From contig WRCW01000001.1 in the NCBI GenBank assembly GCA_009783755.1, positions 1 through 44,200 on the forward strand: DNA of 44,200 nucleotides. Direction: 5' to 3'. A program made the position numbers and the translations under genes. Shown here piece by piece: positions 9,044-17,820 of the stretch. Source of the DNA: Spirochaetaceae bacterium. GTDB lineage: Bacteria; Spirochaetota; Spirochaetia; CADAEX01. Position 1 is the first letter of the stretch; each line of letters opens with the position of its first letter. A model generated the notes under the pieces. It did no database searches, was not told the origin of the DNA, and saw nothing but the letters and a program-made list of their open reading frames with translations.

Positions 9044-9101
9044 GAATAATATTCAAAAAATAAAAAAAATAATTGAATTATATTCAATGATGGCTTATAA
9101 T
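9044..9101 (+). promoter_or_regulatory. sigma70-type promoter for the TAXI-TRAP genes, overlapped by paired palindromic operator candidates
   Basis: TTGAAT (9073-9078), exact 17-nt spacer, TATAAT (9096-9101). Two GAAT-N3-ATTC palindromes at 9044-9054 and 9075-9085 have centres 31 bp apart. The second extends to TTGAAT-TAT-ATTCAA and covers the -35 box. Confidence 0.45.
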
Positions 9102-9157
9102 GTTGTTTAAGTAAAAAACATCTGTTTTTATTAAGATGTTAGCTAAGGAGGAAATAA

Positions 9158-10114
9158 ATGAAAAAGAAAAGTTTTTTAGTGATTTTGATCATTCTTTTTA
9201 TTGTAACTTCACTATTTGCTACAGGCAGTAAGGAAAAGGAAGAGAAGAAAGAATTTATTCAGATCAAATCTTCATCAATTGGTGGATCATGGTATGCAGG
9301 CGCAGCTGCATGGGCAAAACTAATAACAGAAAATACAAAATATATTGCTTCAAATAGCTCTTCGACGAGCAATGTACTAAATATACAGAATTTAGAGGAA
9401 GGAGAGGCGCAGCTTGCTTTTATGGAACCTTTTACGGCATATATGGCTTATAAAGGTGAAGGTGAGTGGACAAAACCTGTTGAAGTAAGAGCTTTATTTG
9501 GAATATGGCCAGGTGTCTATAATATTATAGTGCATGAAAAAACTGGTATTAAAGACATTTATGGATTAAAAGGTAAAAGCATTGCAACTTATGTTGATGG
9601 AGATCCTTTAGGTGAATCTTTTGTTGAGCTTTTAGCTATGCATGGTGTTACTCCGCAGAATTCAAAAATCTACAGAATAATGAAAAATGATGCTACAAGA
9701 ATGTTTATTGATGAAAAAGCAGATTGTCTTATTTATGCATTCGGGCATGGTCATTCTAATCTTAAAGAAATGACTGCTTCCAGAAAAATAAAATTTATTT
9801 GGGGCGATCTTAAGCATATTGAACCATGGCTTAAGAAATACCCCTTTTATTATTATGAACCATTCGGAAGTGAATTTGGTGTAGAAGATGGATTACAGTT
9901 TATAGGTCCATACCTTACAATTTGTTTGGCTTCAATGCCCGAAGATCAAGCATATCTTTTTACAAAAGTATGGTATGAAAACTGGGCTTTCCTTTTGGAA
10001 GCAATGCCTGCAAATATACCATGGATCAATAAAGAAAATCCTATGAAGGGAATTCCAATACCTATTCATCCAGGAGCAGAAAAATATTTTAAAGAAATTG
10101 GTTTAATGAAGTAA
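9158..10114 (+). CDS. TAXI-family TRAP transporter solute-binding protein
   Basis: Signal peptide followed by IGGSWYAGAAAWAKLI, typical of the TAXI (immunogenic-protein) family. SD AAGGAGG. It sits directly upstream of the fused TRAP permease. Confidence 0.9.
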   Translation: MKKKSFLVILIILFIVTSLFATGSKEKEEKKEFIQIKSSSIGGSWYAGAAAWAKLITENTKYIASNSSSTSNVLNIQNLEEGEAQLAFMEPFTAYMAYKGEGEWTKPVEVRALFGIWPGVYNIIVHEKTGIKDIYGLKGKSIATYVDGDPLGESFVELLAMHGVTPQNSKIYRIMKNDATRMFIDEKADCLIYAFGHGHSNLKEMTASRKIKFIWGDLKHIEPWLKKYPFYYYEPFGSEFGVEDGLQFIGPYLTICLASMPEDQAYLFTKVWYENWAFLLEAMPANIPWINKENPMKGIPIPIHPGAEKYFKEIGLMK

Positions 10115-10138
10115 CCAAATAACCGGAGGATAGTGTAA

Positions 10139-12109
10139 ATGTCAGATAAAGATAAAATTGCCGAAGCATTGGATCAACCGGATGATCCTGGTGCAGTCAA
10201 TATATATGATGAAGATGATATAAGAGGAGTAACTGAGTTTTTCAGTAAAAGAATTGTAAAAGGAATACTTTTTGTATTTGGTGTAGTTGTAATAGGTATC
10301 CCTATTTATGAGATACTCTTTAATGCATTTCCTCCTCATATACAGCGACCTCTTCATTTAATGTTAATGCTTTCAATAACACTTATACTATATCCTTCCG
10401 GTTTTTTTAAAAATCGGAAAATTGAAACACTTTTAAATTTGTTATTGATAGCAATATTAATAGTATTAGTGGTATGGGCAAATAGAACGTGGATAGATTT
10501 TTATGTGAAGCGTAAGCCACAACCGTATGAAGTCATATTTGCACTTTTATTTATTTTAATAACATTTGAAGCAACAAGAAGAGCAATAGGGTTGCCAATG
10601 GCAATAATTGCTGGTTGTTGTATATTATACTGTTTTATTGGGCCATATATGCCAAGAGCATTTGCTCATGCTGGCTTTAAGCCAAGAGCGCTTGTTGCCC
10701 AACTTGTGGTAGGGACCGAAGGAATGATGGGCAATATCCTGGCTATTGCAGGAACACAAATAGTATTTTTTATGTTATTTGCCGGCTTCTTGAGGATGTC
10801 AAATGCAACATCGCTTTTTATGAATTTTTCAAAAGCAATTGCAGGAGATAAAATAGGAGGTCCCGCAAAGGTATGTGTTGTTTCAACAGCCATAGTTTCG
10901 ATGGTTTCAGGAAGCGCCAGTGGAAATGTTGCAACCACAGGTGGCGTAACGATCCCACTCATGGTATCAATGGGTTTTAAAAAGCGAGTGGCAGCAGCAA
11001 TTGAAGCAACATCTTCTACTGCAGGACAGTTTTCTCCCCCAATAATGGGAGCAGCAGCATTTGTAATTGCAGAATATACAGGAAACCCTTATTGGAATGT
11101 TTGTGTAGCGGCATTTTTGCCATCACTTTTTTATTTTGCAGGAATGTTCCTGGTTGTTGAAATAATAGCCAGAAGATTTAATATAAAAGGGCTGGCGAAA
11201 TCAGAATTACCACCATTAAAAAGATCAACAATAGAAGTTCTTCCACTTGTAATTCCAATTTCAGTATTAGTTTTATTACTGGCATTGATGTATAGTCCAC
11301 AATATTCAATAATGTGGTCAATTATAACTCTTGTAGTATGCAGTTTGTTTTTTAGAAAGACTGTTCATATAAATGTTATAAAGATTTTTAAAGCGCTTGC
11401 ATTAACAGGCAAGATCATGATCCCTGTAACTACTTCATGCGCATGTTGCGGAATTATTGTAGGTGTTATGTCTCTTACAGGATTTGGAGATAAACTTGCT
11501 TATGGTATTTTAACAGTAGCAAATGGGAATCTTTTTATTGGATTATTATTTGCAGCAGCAATGTGTTTAATAGTTGGGCTTGGCCTTCCAACATTGGCTG
11601 CTTATATTGTTCTTGCAACATTGGGAGTACCTGCATTAACATCATTGGGTGCTCCTTTACTTGCAGCTCACATGTTTGTTTTTTATTGCGCAATACTTTC
11701 TGCAATAACTCCACCAGTTTGCCTTGCTTGTTTTGTGGCAGGAGGAATAGCAGGAGAAAATGCTCTTAAAGTAAGTTTTACATCAATAGCTATGGCTCCG
11801 TTTATTTATGTTCTTCCATTTTTGTTTGTATTTTTCCCGGGACTGCTTATAAACGGTTGTTCACTTTTTACAGTACTTCATCATGTTGTAATACTAATTC
11901 TCTTTATTTTTCCGACAATAATGCTAAGCAGACGATTTTGGCTTAAAAAGCTAACAATAGTAGAAACAATACTATTTGCTGCTGCTATAATAAGTTTATT
12001 TGTATTTAAAAACTATAGTGTCTTTGCAATGCTTATATTTAATGTAATAGCAGGAACAATGCATGTGCTAAGGTATAATGAAGATAAAAAGAAACTTTCT
12101 GTTGCGTAA
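10139..12109 (+). CDS. TRAP transporter fused 4TM/12TM permease (TAXI-type)
   Basis: 656-aa polytopic membrane protein. It is the fused small/large subunit characteristic of TAXI-TRAP systems. SD GGAGG. Confidence 0.9.
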   Translation: MSDKDKIAEALDQPDDPGAVNIYDEDDIRGVTEFFSKRIVKGILFVFGVVVIGIPIYEILFNAFPPHIQRPLHLMLMLSITLILYPSGFFKNRKIETLLNLLLIAILIVLVVWANRTWIDFYVKRKPQPYEVIFALLFILITFEATRRAIGLPMAIIAGCCILYCFIGPYMPRAFAHAGFKPRALVAQLVVGTEGMMGNILAIAGTQIVFFMLFAGFLRMSNATSLFMNFSKAIAGDKIGGPAKVCVVSTAIVSMVSGSASGNVATTGGVTIPLMVSMGFKKRVAAAIEATSSTAGQFSPPIMGAAAFVIAEYTGNPYWNVCVAAFLPSLFYFAGMFLVVEIIARRFNIKGLAKSELPPLKRSTIEVLPLVIPISVLVLLLALMYSPQYSIMWSIITLVVCSLFFRKTVHINVIKIFKALALTGKIMIPVTTSCACCGIIVGVMSLTGFGDKLAYGILTVANGNLFIGLLFAAAMCLIVGLGLPTLAAYIVLATLGVPALTSLGAPLLAAHMFVFYCAILSAITPPVCLACFVAGGIAGENALKVSFTSIAMAPFIYVLPFLFVFFPGLLINGCSLFTVLHHVVILILFIFPTIMLSRRFWLKKLTIVETILFAAAIISLFVFKNYSVFAMLIFNVIAGTMHVLRYNEDKKKLSVA

Positions 12110-12138
12110 ATGTTAAGGCAGATAAAAACTTATTTATG

Positions 12139-12193
12139 GGGCTGTTCATTAGTATGATTTTTGATTTTAACCTATTGAACAGTCCTTATTTAT
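12139..12193 (+). terminator. weak terminator-like hairpin after the TRAP permease
   Basis: 10-bp stem 12139-12148 / 12176-12185 (one G-U pair) and a 27-nt loop, followed by TTATTTAT. The large loop makes efficiency doubtful. Confidence 0.35.
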
Positions 12194-12265
12194 AAAGAAG
12201 TACCTATATTATGGATGCATCCTCACTTCTATAAAGATATACCAGTTAATTAAGGAGGAAGTACT

Positions 12266-12454
12266 GTGATTGTTGTAAATATCTTTGGATGGGAATTTGT
12301 CATGAAGATGTGGACTTCAATATATTGCCAAATCAGAAGAATTTGGCAGAACAAGGTCTATATCCCAAGTGCTTGCATGTTCTATTTTCTAGTACAAGAT
12401 GGACTAACTATACAAGCTTCAAAACCAGCAATTGAAAAATTGTTAGATGCCTGA
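12266..12454 (+). CDS. small ORF (62 aa) with a strong Shine-Dalgarno, function unknown
   Basis: AAGGAGG (12252-12258) lies exactly 7 nt upstream of the GTG at 12266. The stop is 19 nt before the PHP-family gene. No recognisable motif, so it may not be expressed. Confidence 0.3.
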   Translation: MIVVNIFGWEFVMKMWTSIYCQIRRIWQNKVYIPSACMFYFLVQDGLTIQASKPAIEKLLDA

Positions 12455-12473
12455 TCTGTAGGGTAAAATTGAT

Positions 12474-13496
12474 ATGGAAAAATATTCAACTTTAATTGAA
12501 AATGGACAATGGTATAAAGGCAATACACACACGCATAGTACGATCTCTGATGGGAAATATCCTTATAACGAAGTAATAGGTTTTTACAAAAACAGAAGGT
12601 ATAATTTTCTGGCAATGACTGAACATGAAATTTATACTGCTCATCAAGGATTTGATGACAAAAACTTTATTATTATTCCAGGCATGGAAATCGCAGCAAG
12701 ACCACCTGATGGGGTATATTACGGATTATTAGTTCTTGCTAAAAAAGAATTATCAGAGCTAAAGTATGCTAATTTACAGAAAGTGGGTCCTTTGGTAGAG
12801 TATGGACTTCCATGGAATGACGAACAAGGCTTTCAAAAATCAATCAATAAACTAACAGATGGTGATCATATTTCAATTGTGCATTGTCCTTACTGGAATC
12901 AAATGACTCCGGAAAGCCTAAGCGCTTATTCCGGATATTGTGCAATAGAAATATATAATCATGAATGTCTACACTATGGGAGACAAGGGAATGCGGAAAG
13001 TTATTGGGACTACTTGATAAAGAATGGACGAAAAATTTGGGGGATTGCTTGTGATGACTTACATCAGGGGAATGATTCCAGATTTATTGAAGGTGCATGG
13101 ATTATGGTAAAAGCTCCTGGATTGAGTATTGCTGAAATTACATCTGCAATCGAAAAAGGGAGCTTCTATTCTACTCAAGGACCACAAATCTATGAATATT
13201 TCATTCAGGACGATAAAGTGCATTTGGAATGTTCAAAGGTTAAAAAAGTTTATATAACAGTTTTTGGAAATTTTGTTGATGGGAAATCCACTTATTTTTG
13301 TGGCATGACCTGCTGGGAAAACGATGAGTTTTTCAAAAGCATAAACAACAAGATGGTATTAGATGTAAAAGTAAATCAAAGACAATCTTTTTATCGCCCT
13401 TCACGCTTAACTCTTGAAAAATATGTAGTTCGGATTACACTTGAAGATGAGTATAAAAATATTGCTTGGGCGAATCCTGTTTTTATTAATAAGTGA
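12474..13496 (+). CDS. PHP-domain / CehA-McbA-like metal-dependent phosphoesterase
   Basis: N-terminal GNTHTHSTISDG (PHP HxH motif), then LAMTEHE and later His/Asp residues. 340 aa with no signal peptide. Confidence 0.8.
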   Translation: MEKYSTLIENGQWYKGNTHTHSTISDGKYPYNEVIGFYKNRRYNFLAMTEHEIYTAHQGFDDKNFIIIPGMEIAARPPDGVYYGLLVLAKKELSELKYANLQKVGPLVEYGLPWNDEQGFQKSINKLTDGDHISIVHCPYWNQMTPESLSAYSGYCAIEIYNHECLHYGRQGNAESYWDYLIKNGRKIWGIACDDLHQGNDSRFIEGAWIMVKAPGLSIAEITSAIEKGSFYSTQGPQIYEYFIQDDKVHLECSKVKKVYITVFGNFVDGKSTYFCGMTCWENDEFFKSINNKMVLDVKVNQRQSFYRPSRLTLEKYVVRITLEDEYKNIAWANPVFINK

Positions 13497-13581
13497 TGTG
13501 ATATTTAATATAGTAGAGAAGTTGTTGAACGAATGATCTGTACGATTTTATTAATAATAGCTGTAAAAGGAAAGAGGCTTT

Positions 13582-14751
13582 ATGAATTTTATCAAAACAC
13601 CTTATCTTCAATTACCTGAGACAGATGGAATTACTGTAATGTGGGAAACAGATAGAGAAAGTACTTCCAAACTTCTGGTTTGGAAAACATTCTGTCCAGA
13701 AATAGGCGTCGTACAATATAACCCGCAGGGAGAGCCAAGAATATTTTATGGCGAAGATGGATATATGCACAAAGTAAAAGCATTTGGTCTTGAAAGCGGA
13801 AGGGATTACTGCTATCAAGTGATTTCCACTGTAGGGAGTGAAGAATTAGCAAGCGAAAAATATTGGGGGCATGTTAAATATTCACCAACTATAAATATAT
13901 TCAGGACAAGAACTTCAGAAAATGAAAATATTTCGTTTGTAGTTACAAGCGAGACTGGAGGAAGCAAGAGCACACTACAAACCAGAGGGGATTTAGTGGA
14001 AGCTATTACTGTTGAACGCCCTGATTTTTTGTTGTTTATTGGTGACATGGTCCAGGATGGAAGAAAGAAACATGAGTGGGATGATTATCTGTTTACCCCA
14101 TTTCGCAGTCTCATTTGCAATACTCCATTTTATCATTGTGCAGGAAACCATGAGCACAACACAGATTTTATGAAACAGTTTTTGGCAACTTCGAAAAATG
14201 GATATTATGATTTTGATTATGGATGTGCGCATTTTGTTGCGCTGGACAGTACGCGATTAGTTGACCATATAGATGAACAAGAAAATTATTTCCCAATGCG
14301 TGCAAAGGATTTGACAGAAGAGAATCCTCAGGTAAGATTTTTAACCGAGAGCTTAAGAAAAAGTAATGCGAAGTGGAAGTTTGTGTACATGCATTATCCG
14401 CCATACTGTTCAGGCACTTATCATGCAGCAGCATTGCGCCCATTGTGCAGAATATTTGAGAAATATGGTGTTGATTTAGTATTCACTTCTCATACGCTTG
14501 TGTACGAACGCAGCCATCCTCTTAGAAACGCTTCTGTTGATTTTTTAAATGGTATTCGTTATATGGTGCTTGGTGGAGCAGGGTCCAGGCCAAAGTGGTT
14601 TCATCATAAAAAAGCGTGGCATACAGCTAAAAGCTGCGCTATTCCTCATTTTGCCCATGTTAGTGTGACGCCTGAATATTTGGAATTTCAAGCTATTGAT
14701 CTGGATGGAAAGCTTTTTGATAATTTTGTTATACAAAAGTGCGATCAGTAA
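13582..14751 (+). CDS. purple-acid-phosphatase-like metallophosphoesterase
   Basis: N-terminal PAP-type beta domain (GITVMWETDRESTSKLLVW) followed by calcineurin-like motifs GDMVQDG, GNHE and the later His motifs. No signal peptide. Confidence 0.85.
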   Translation: MNFIKTPYLQLPETDGITVMWETDRESTSKLLVWKTFCPEIGVVQYNPQGEPRIFYGEDGYMHKVKAFGLESGRDYCYQVISTVGSEELASEKYWGHVKYSPTINIFRTRTSENENISFVVTSETGGSKSTLQTRGDLVEAITVERPDFLLFIGDMVQDGRKKHEWDDYLFTPFRSLICNTPFYHCAGNHEHNTDFMKQFLATSKNGYYDFDYGCAHFVALDSTRLVDHIDEQENYFPMRAKDLTEENPQVRFLTESLRKSNAKWKFVYMHYPPYCSGTYHAAALRPLCRIFEKYGVDLVFTSHTLVYERSHPLRNASVDFLNGIRYMVLGGAGSRPKWFHHKKAWHTAKSCAIPHFAHVSVTPEYLEFQAIDLDGKLFDNFVIQKCDQ

Positions 14752-14768
14752 CAGGTAAGGGTATATAT

Positions 14769-15668
14769 ATGCGATTCCTCTTTATGTCAGATACACACTT
14801 TACATCTCATAAAGATAAAAAACCCTCAATTTGGTTTAACCGGCTATTAATGAACAAATGGGATGAGATAAAAGAAAAAGTCATATCAGAGATAAGTGAA
14901 CTAAAGCCTGATGTAATCATCCACTGCGGTGATTTTACACAGTTTGGAACAGCAGAAGATTTTGCCTACGGTAAGTCAATTTTAGATGCGATAGGTATTG
15001 AATGGTATGCTGTTCCTGGAAATCATGATGCTTTCAATGAAGTTGTGAAAAAAGAAATGCGAAGACAGTTTGTTATAACTGATGGTAGCAGTTTTTGTTA
15101 TTCAAGAATATTTGGCAAAATTGCGATTGCGTTTTTAGATGTTTGTGTATCAAAAAGCGATTTACTTTTCAGCATAGATGAAAGCTCATTGAATTGGCTT
15201 GAATCTTTCCTCAATGAAAATAGTGGAAAAATAGTTTTTTTGGTTTGCCATATCCCTATTCAACATAGTGCTGTTATTTCTGAATGTGGGACATTTGTTG
15301 ATAATGGTTTACCAAGTAAAGGAAAAATCTTTAGTATATATTTTTATGAAACCATAGGACAAATCGAAAATGTTAACATAATCAGGAAAATTATTGATCA
15401 GCATAAAAATGTAAAAATTGTTTTTTCTGGCCACTGGCACATCAATTCTCTACATATTAGCAATGATGTGCATTACAAAATCGTACCATCCATTTGCTCA
15501 TACCCATGCGAGGTTGTGGTTGTTGATTCTGACGATGATAAAATAAGGATATACAATGAATCGATTGGATTATCAGACTTGCAAAAAGAGTCGCTTATTA
15601 TTGAATGGAATAATACATGGGTAGCTGGGACTCAGGAAACAAGAAATATAGTTATACCAATTAATTAA
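14769..15668 (+). CDS. calcineurin-like metallophosphoesterase
   Basis: MRFLFMSDTHF (DxH motif), HCGDFTQFG, PGNHD and GHWH motifs. The ATG at 14769 is preferred over the GTG at 14739, which overlaps the upstream gene. Confidence 0.85.
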   Translation: MRFLFMSDTHFTSHKDKKPSIWFNRLLMNKWDEIKEKVISEISELKPDVIIHCGDFTQFGTAEDFAYGKSILDAIGIEWYAVPGNHDAFNEVVKKEMRRQFVITDGSSFCYSRIFGKIAIAFLDVCVSKSDLLFSIDESSLNWLESFLNENSGKIVFLVCHIPIQHSAVISECGTFVDNGLPSKGKIFSIYFYETIGQIENVNIIRKIIDQHKNVKIVFSGHWHINSLHISNDVHYKIVPSICSYPCEVVVVDSDDDKIRIYNESIGLSDLQKESLIIEWNNTWVAGTQETRNIVIPIN

Positions 15669-15689
15669 AGTCTTTTCTTTGTTTTATCG

Positions 15690-16304
15690 CTAACAGGGAT
15701 TTGTGCGGGAAAAAATATCTTTATCAGTTATTACAAAATCAAGCTGCACATCATGTTTTTCAGTCGGTAAATTTTCTATTATTTGAAAGCTAAAAGCAAT
15801 TCCTGCTTTAATACAATTTTTTCCATATTCAGAAAGATATCTATCATAGAAGCTTTTACCTCTGCCTAATCTGTTGCATTGTTTATCAAAAGCCATTCCT
15901 GGTGTTAAAATTAGTATTTTTGAACTATCTAAATCACTTATATTAACAGATTCTGATTTATGTAAAGGTTCGTACATCCCGTAATCATGTTTTATAAACT
16001 CTTCTTTAGAAATCGAAGTAATGTAGTGAAAAATTATATCATTATTATTAATTCTTGGCACAGCAACTTTTTTTCCTTGCGTTAGTGCTTCTTTAATAAT
16101 ACAGCTGGTATCAACTTCATCGCTAAGGGGCAGAAAAGCAAAAAGAGTGTTGGTGTTATTCCATGTTTCCAGTGATTTAAGGTTATCCAGGATTTTTTTA
16201 CTTTTTTCTGTAATTTCTGATTTGCTAAATGTTTTATAAATATCTTTTATCTTTTTTCTAAGTCTTTTTTTTTCTTCCGGTATTGGAGTAATGCTATTTT
16301 TCAT
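15690..16304 (-). CDS. 5-formyltetrahydrofolate cyclo-ligase
   Basis: 204 aa with the family signature region PGMAFDKQCNRLGRGKSFYDRYL. Convergent with the phosphoesterase genes. Confidence 0.88.
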   Translation of the reverse strand: MKNSITPIPEEKKRLRKKIKDIYKTFSKSEITEKSKKILDNLKSLETWNNTNTLFAFLPLSDEVDTSCIIKEALTQGKKVAVPRINNNDIIFHYITSISKEEFIKHDYGMYEPLHKSESVNISDLDSSKILILTPGMAFDKQCNRLGRGKSFYDRYLSEYGKNCIKAGIAFSFQIIENLPTEKHDVQLDFVITDKDIFSRTNPC

Positions 16305-16370
16305 ATAGTACCAATCTATTTTATATTTTTATCAAAAACACTGTCAATAAAAAATACTTGCATCGATTAC

Positions 16371-16399
16371 TTGACAAAATAGCCATTATTTATATAAAT
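16371..16399 (+). promoter_or_regulatory. promoter candidate for the tRNA gene
   Basis: TTGACA (16371-16376), 17-nt spacer, ATAAAT (16394-16399), about 20 nt upstream of the mature tRNA 5' end. Confidence 0.5.
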
Positions 16400-16420
16400 T
16401 TATAGCCATAATAGTCATTG

Positions 16421-16494
16421 GGGCCCATAGCTCAGTTGGTTAGAGCGCTTGACTCATAATCAAGTGGCCCTTGGTTCAAGTCCAAGTGGGCCCA
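16421..16494 (+). tRNA. tRNA with CAT anticodon: elongator tRNA-Met or, more likely, tRNA-Ile2 (lysidine-modified)
   Basis: 74-nt cloverleaf folded by hand: acceptor GGGCCCA/TGGGCCC, D arm GCTC/GAGC, anticodon arm CTTGA-CTCATAA-TCAAG, T arm CTTGG-TTCAAGT-CCAAG, discriminator A. It is not an initiator (no C1-A72 mismatch, no GGG/CCC anticodon stem). C4:G69 and C5:G68 resemble E. coli tRNA-Ile2. CCA is not encoded. Confidence 0.93.
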
Positions 16495-16576
16495 TTTTTA
16501 TTAAATAAGTTTTTCCAAATCCGCATAATATCTTTTTACACCTTTACTATATTAAATAACTGACTTAAAATGAATC

Positions 16577-17605
16577 ATGAAAGGGAAATTGATTTTTTCT
16601 TTGAGTGCCTTTAAAAACTTTCAATTATGGGGAGTAAGCACGCGAAGAAAAAAACAAATACTGTGGTTTTTTACTGTTGCAATTTTGGTTTTTATATTTT
16701 TCTTTTTTTCCTGTAATGAAAAAGAAAAATCGAGTTTATCTTATAATAAAAGTTTTCTTTTCATAAATTCACATGCTACAGGTCCTTATTATTTGGCGGC
16801 ATCTGCACTGGCAAGACTAATTACTATAAATGCCGATTATATTGGCGTTAATAGCAGTATCCCTTTAACTGATAATGAAAAAATAGAACAATTAATAAAT
16901 AAAAAAATTGATATAGCATTTTTAAAAGGACCTGAAGCAAATCTTGCTTATCATGGAGAACCCTTTTACTGGAAAGAAGAACAGCCTATTCGGGCTATGT
17001 TTAGTTTATGGCCTGCTGTTTATAACTTAATTACATATAAAGATAATGGAATTAAAAAAATTGAAGATATAAAAGGAAAATCAATTGCTATATATTCTGA
17101 AAACTCTGTTAATGGAGATATTTTAAACTACTTCCTTGAACTTTACGGAATTACATCTGACAATACAACAATATATCGCGTAAGAGATATTATAGGGATA
17201 AATATGTTTCTTAAAAAGGAAGTAGATTCTATCTGGTATGATATTGGTTATGGAGGTTTTAACTTTTCTTCAACAGAAAATTTTATTTTAATTGGAATTG
17301 AAGAAAATATAAAAACAAGAGAATTCTTTAAAACGTATCCATTTTTCTTTCTGGAAAAGTTTGGAGCAGAAGTAGGGCTTCCTGAAAAATATCAACTTAT
17401 GACTGCATGTTTTGCAGCCTGCTCTGAGGATCTTTCAGAAAATGATGCCTATGTTTTTACAAAACTGTGGTTTGAAAATCCATCACTTGTAAGACAATAT
17501 ATTTCTGATAATCTGGATTTGATAGATGATAAGATAAGAGGCGTGCCTGTTCCTTTCCATAAAGGCTCTTTAAAATATCTCAAAGAAGCAGGTCTGGCTT
17601 ATTGA
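16577..17605 (+). CDS. TAXI-family TRAP solute-binding lipoprotein, orphan (no adjacent permease)
   Basis: Lipobox-like FFFFSC. Collinear with the 9158 protein (YYLAASALARLIT, IWPAVYNLI, C-terminal PVPFHKGSLKYLKEAGL) but strongly diverged from it. The start codon is uncertain. Confidence 0.85.
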   Translation: MKGKLIFSLSAFKNFQLWGVSTRRKKQILWFFTVAILVFIFFFFSCNEKEKSSLSYNKSFLFINSHATGPYYLAASALARLITINADYIGVNSSIPLTDNEKIEQLINKKIDIAFLKGPEANLAYHGEPFYWKEEQPIRAMFSLWPAVYNLITYKDNGIKKIEDIKGKSIAIYSENSVNGDILNYFLELYGITSDNTTIYRVRDIIGINMFLKKEVDSIWYDIGYGGFNFSSTENFILIGIEENIKTREFFKTYPFFFLEKFGAEVGLPEKYQLMTACFAACSEDLSENDAYVFTKLWFENPSLVRQYISDNLDLIDDKIRGVPVPFHKGSLKYLKEAGLAY

Positions 17606-17613
17606 AAATATTT

Positions 17614-17790
17614 CTAAAAGCCCACTAACGTTTTTAGCTCTATCCTCATTGTCTGCCAGGTTTAAATAGAATAGTTTTGGTCATAAGAAAAAGGGAGGCG
17701 AGCACGTTGTTCCAAGATAATCGATCTTTTCTGTTATTCACAGATATTGTATTAAAATAAAATTAGATGTAATAGAAAAACCTGTTCCTA
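17614..17790 (-). pseudogene. internally deleted remnant of a sugar-phosphate isomerase/epimerase paralog
   Basis: 17617-17735 aligns by eye with 19746-19866, the 3' end of the intact minus-strand isomerase gene. Example: ggtcataagaaaaagggagg...gataatcgatcttttc versus ggtccataagaaaacggagg...gataatcgatcttttc. 17768-17787 aligns with that gene's first codons (20575-20595). The central ~0.7 kb is missing and no ORF remains. Confidence 0.7.
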
Positions 17791-17820
17791 AATGGCAATA
17801 TTTTAATATTAAAATTTAGC

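Noticed and set aside
16421-17700. tRNA-associated genomic island
   Set aside because: No integrase, no direct repeat of the tRNA 3' end that I could find, and no mobility genes downstream. Only the boundary observation is kept.
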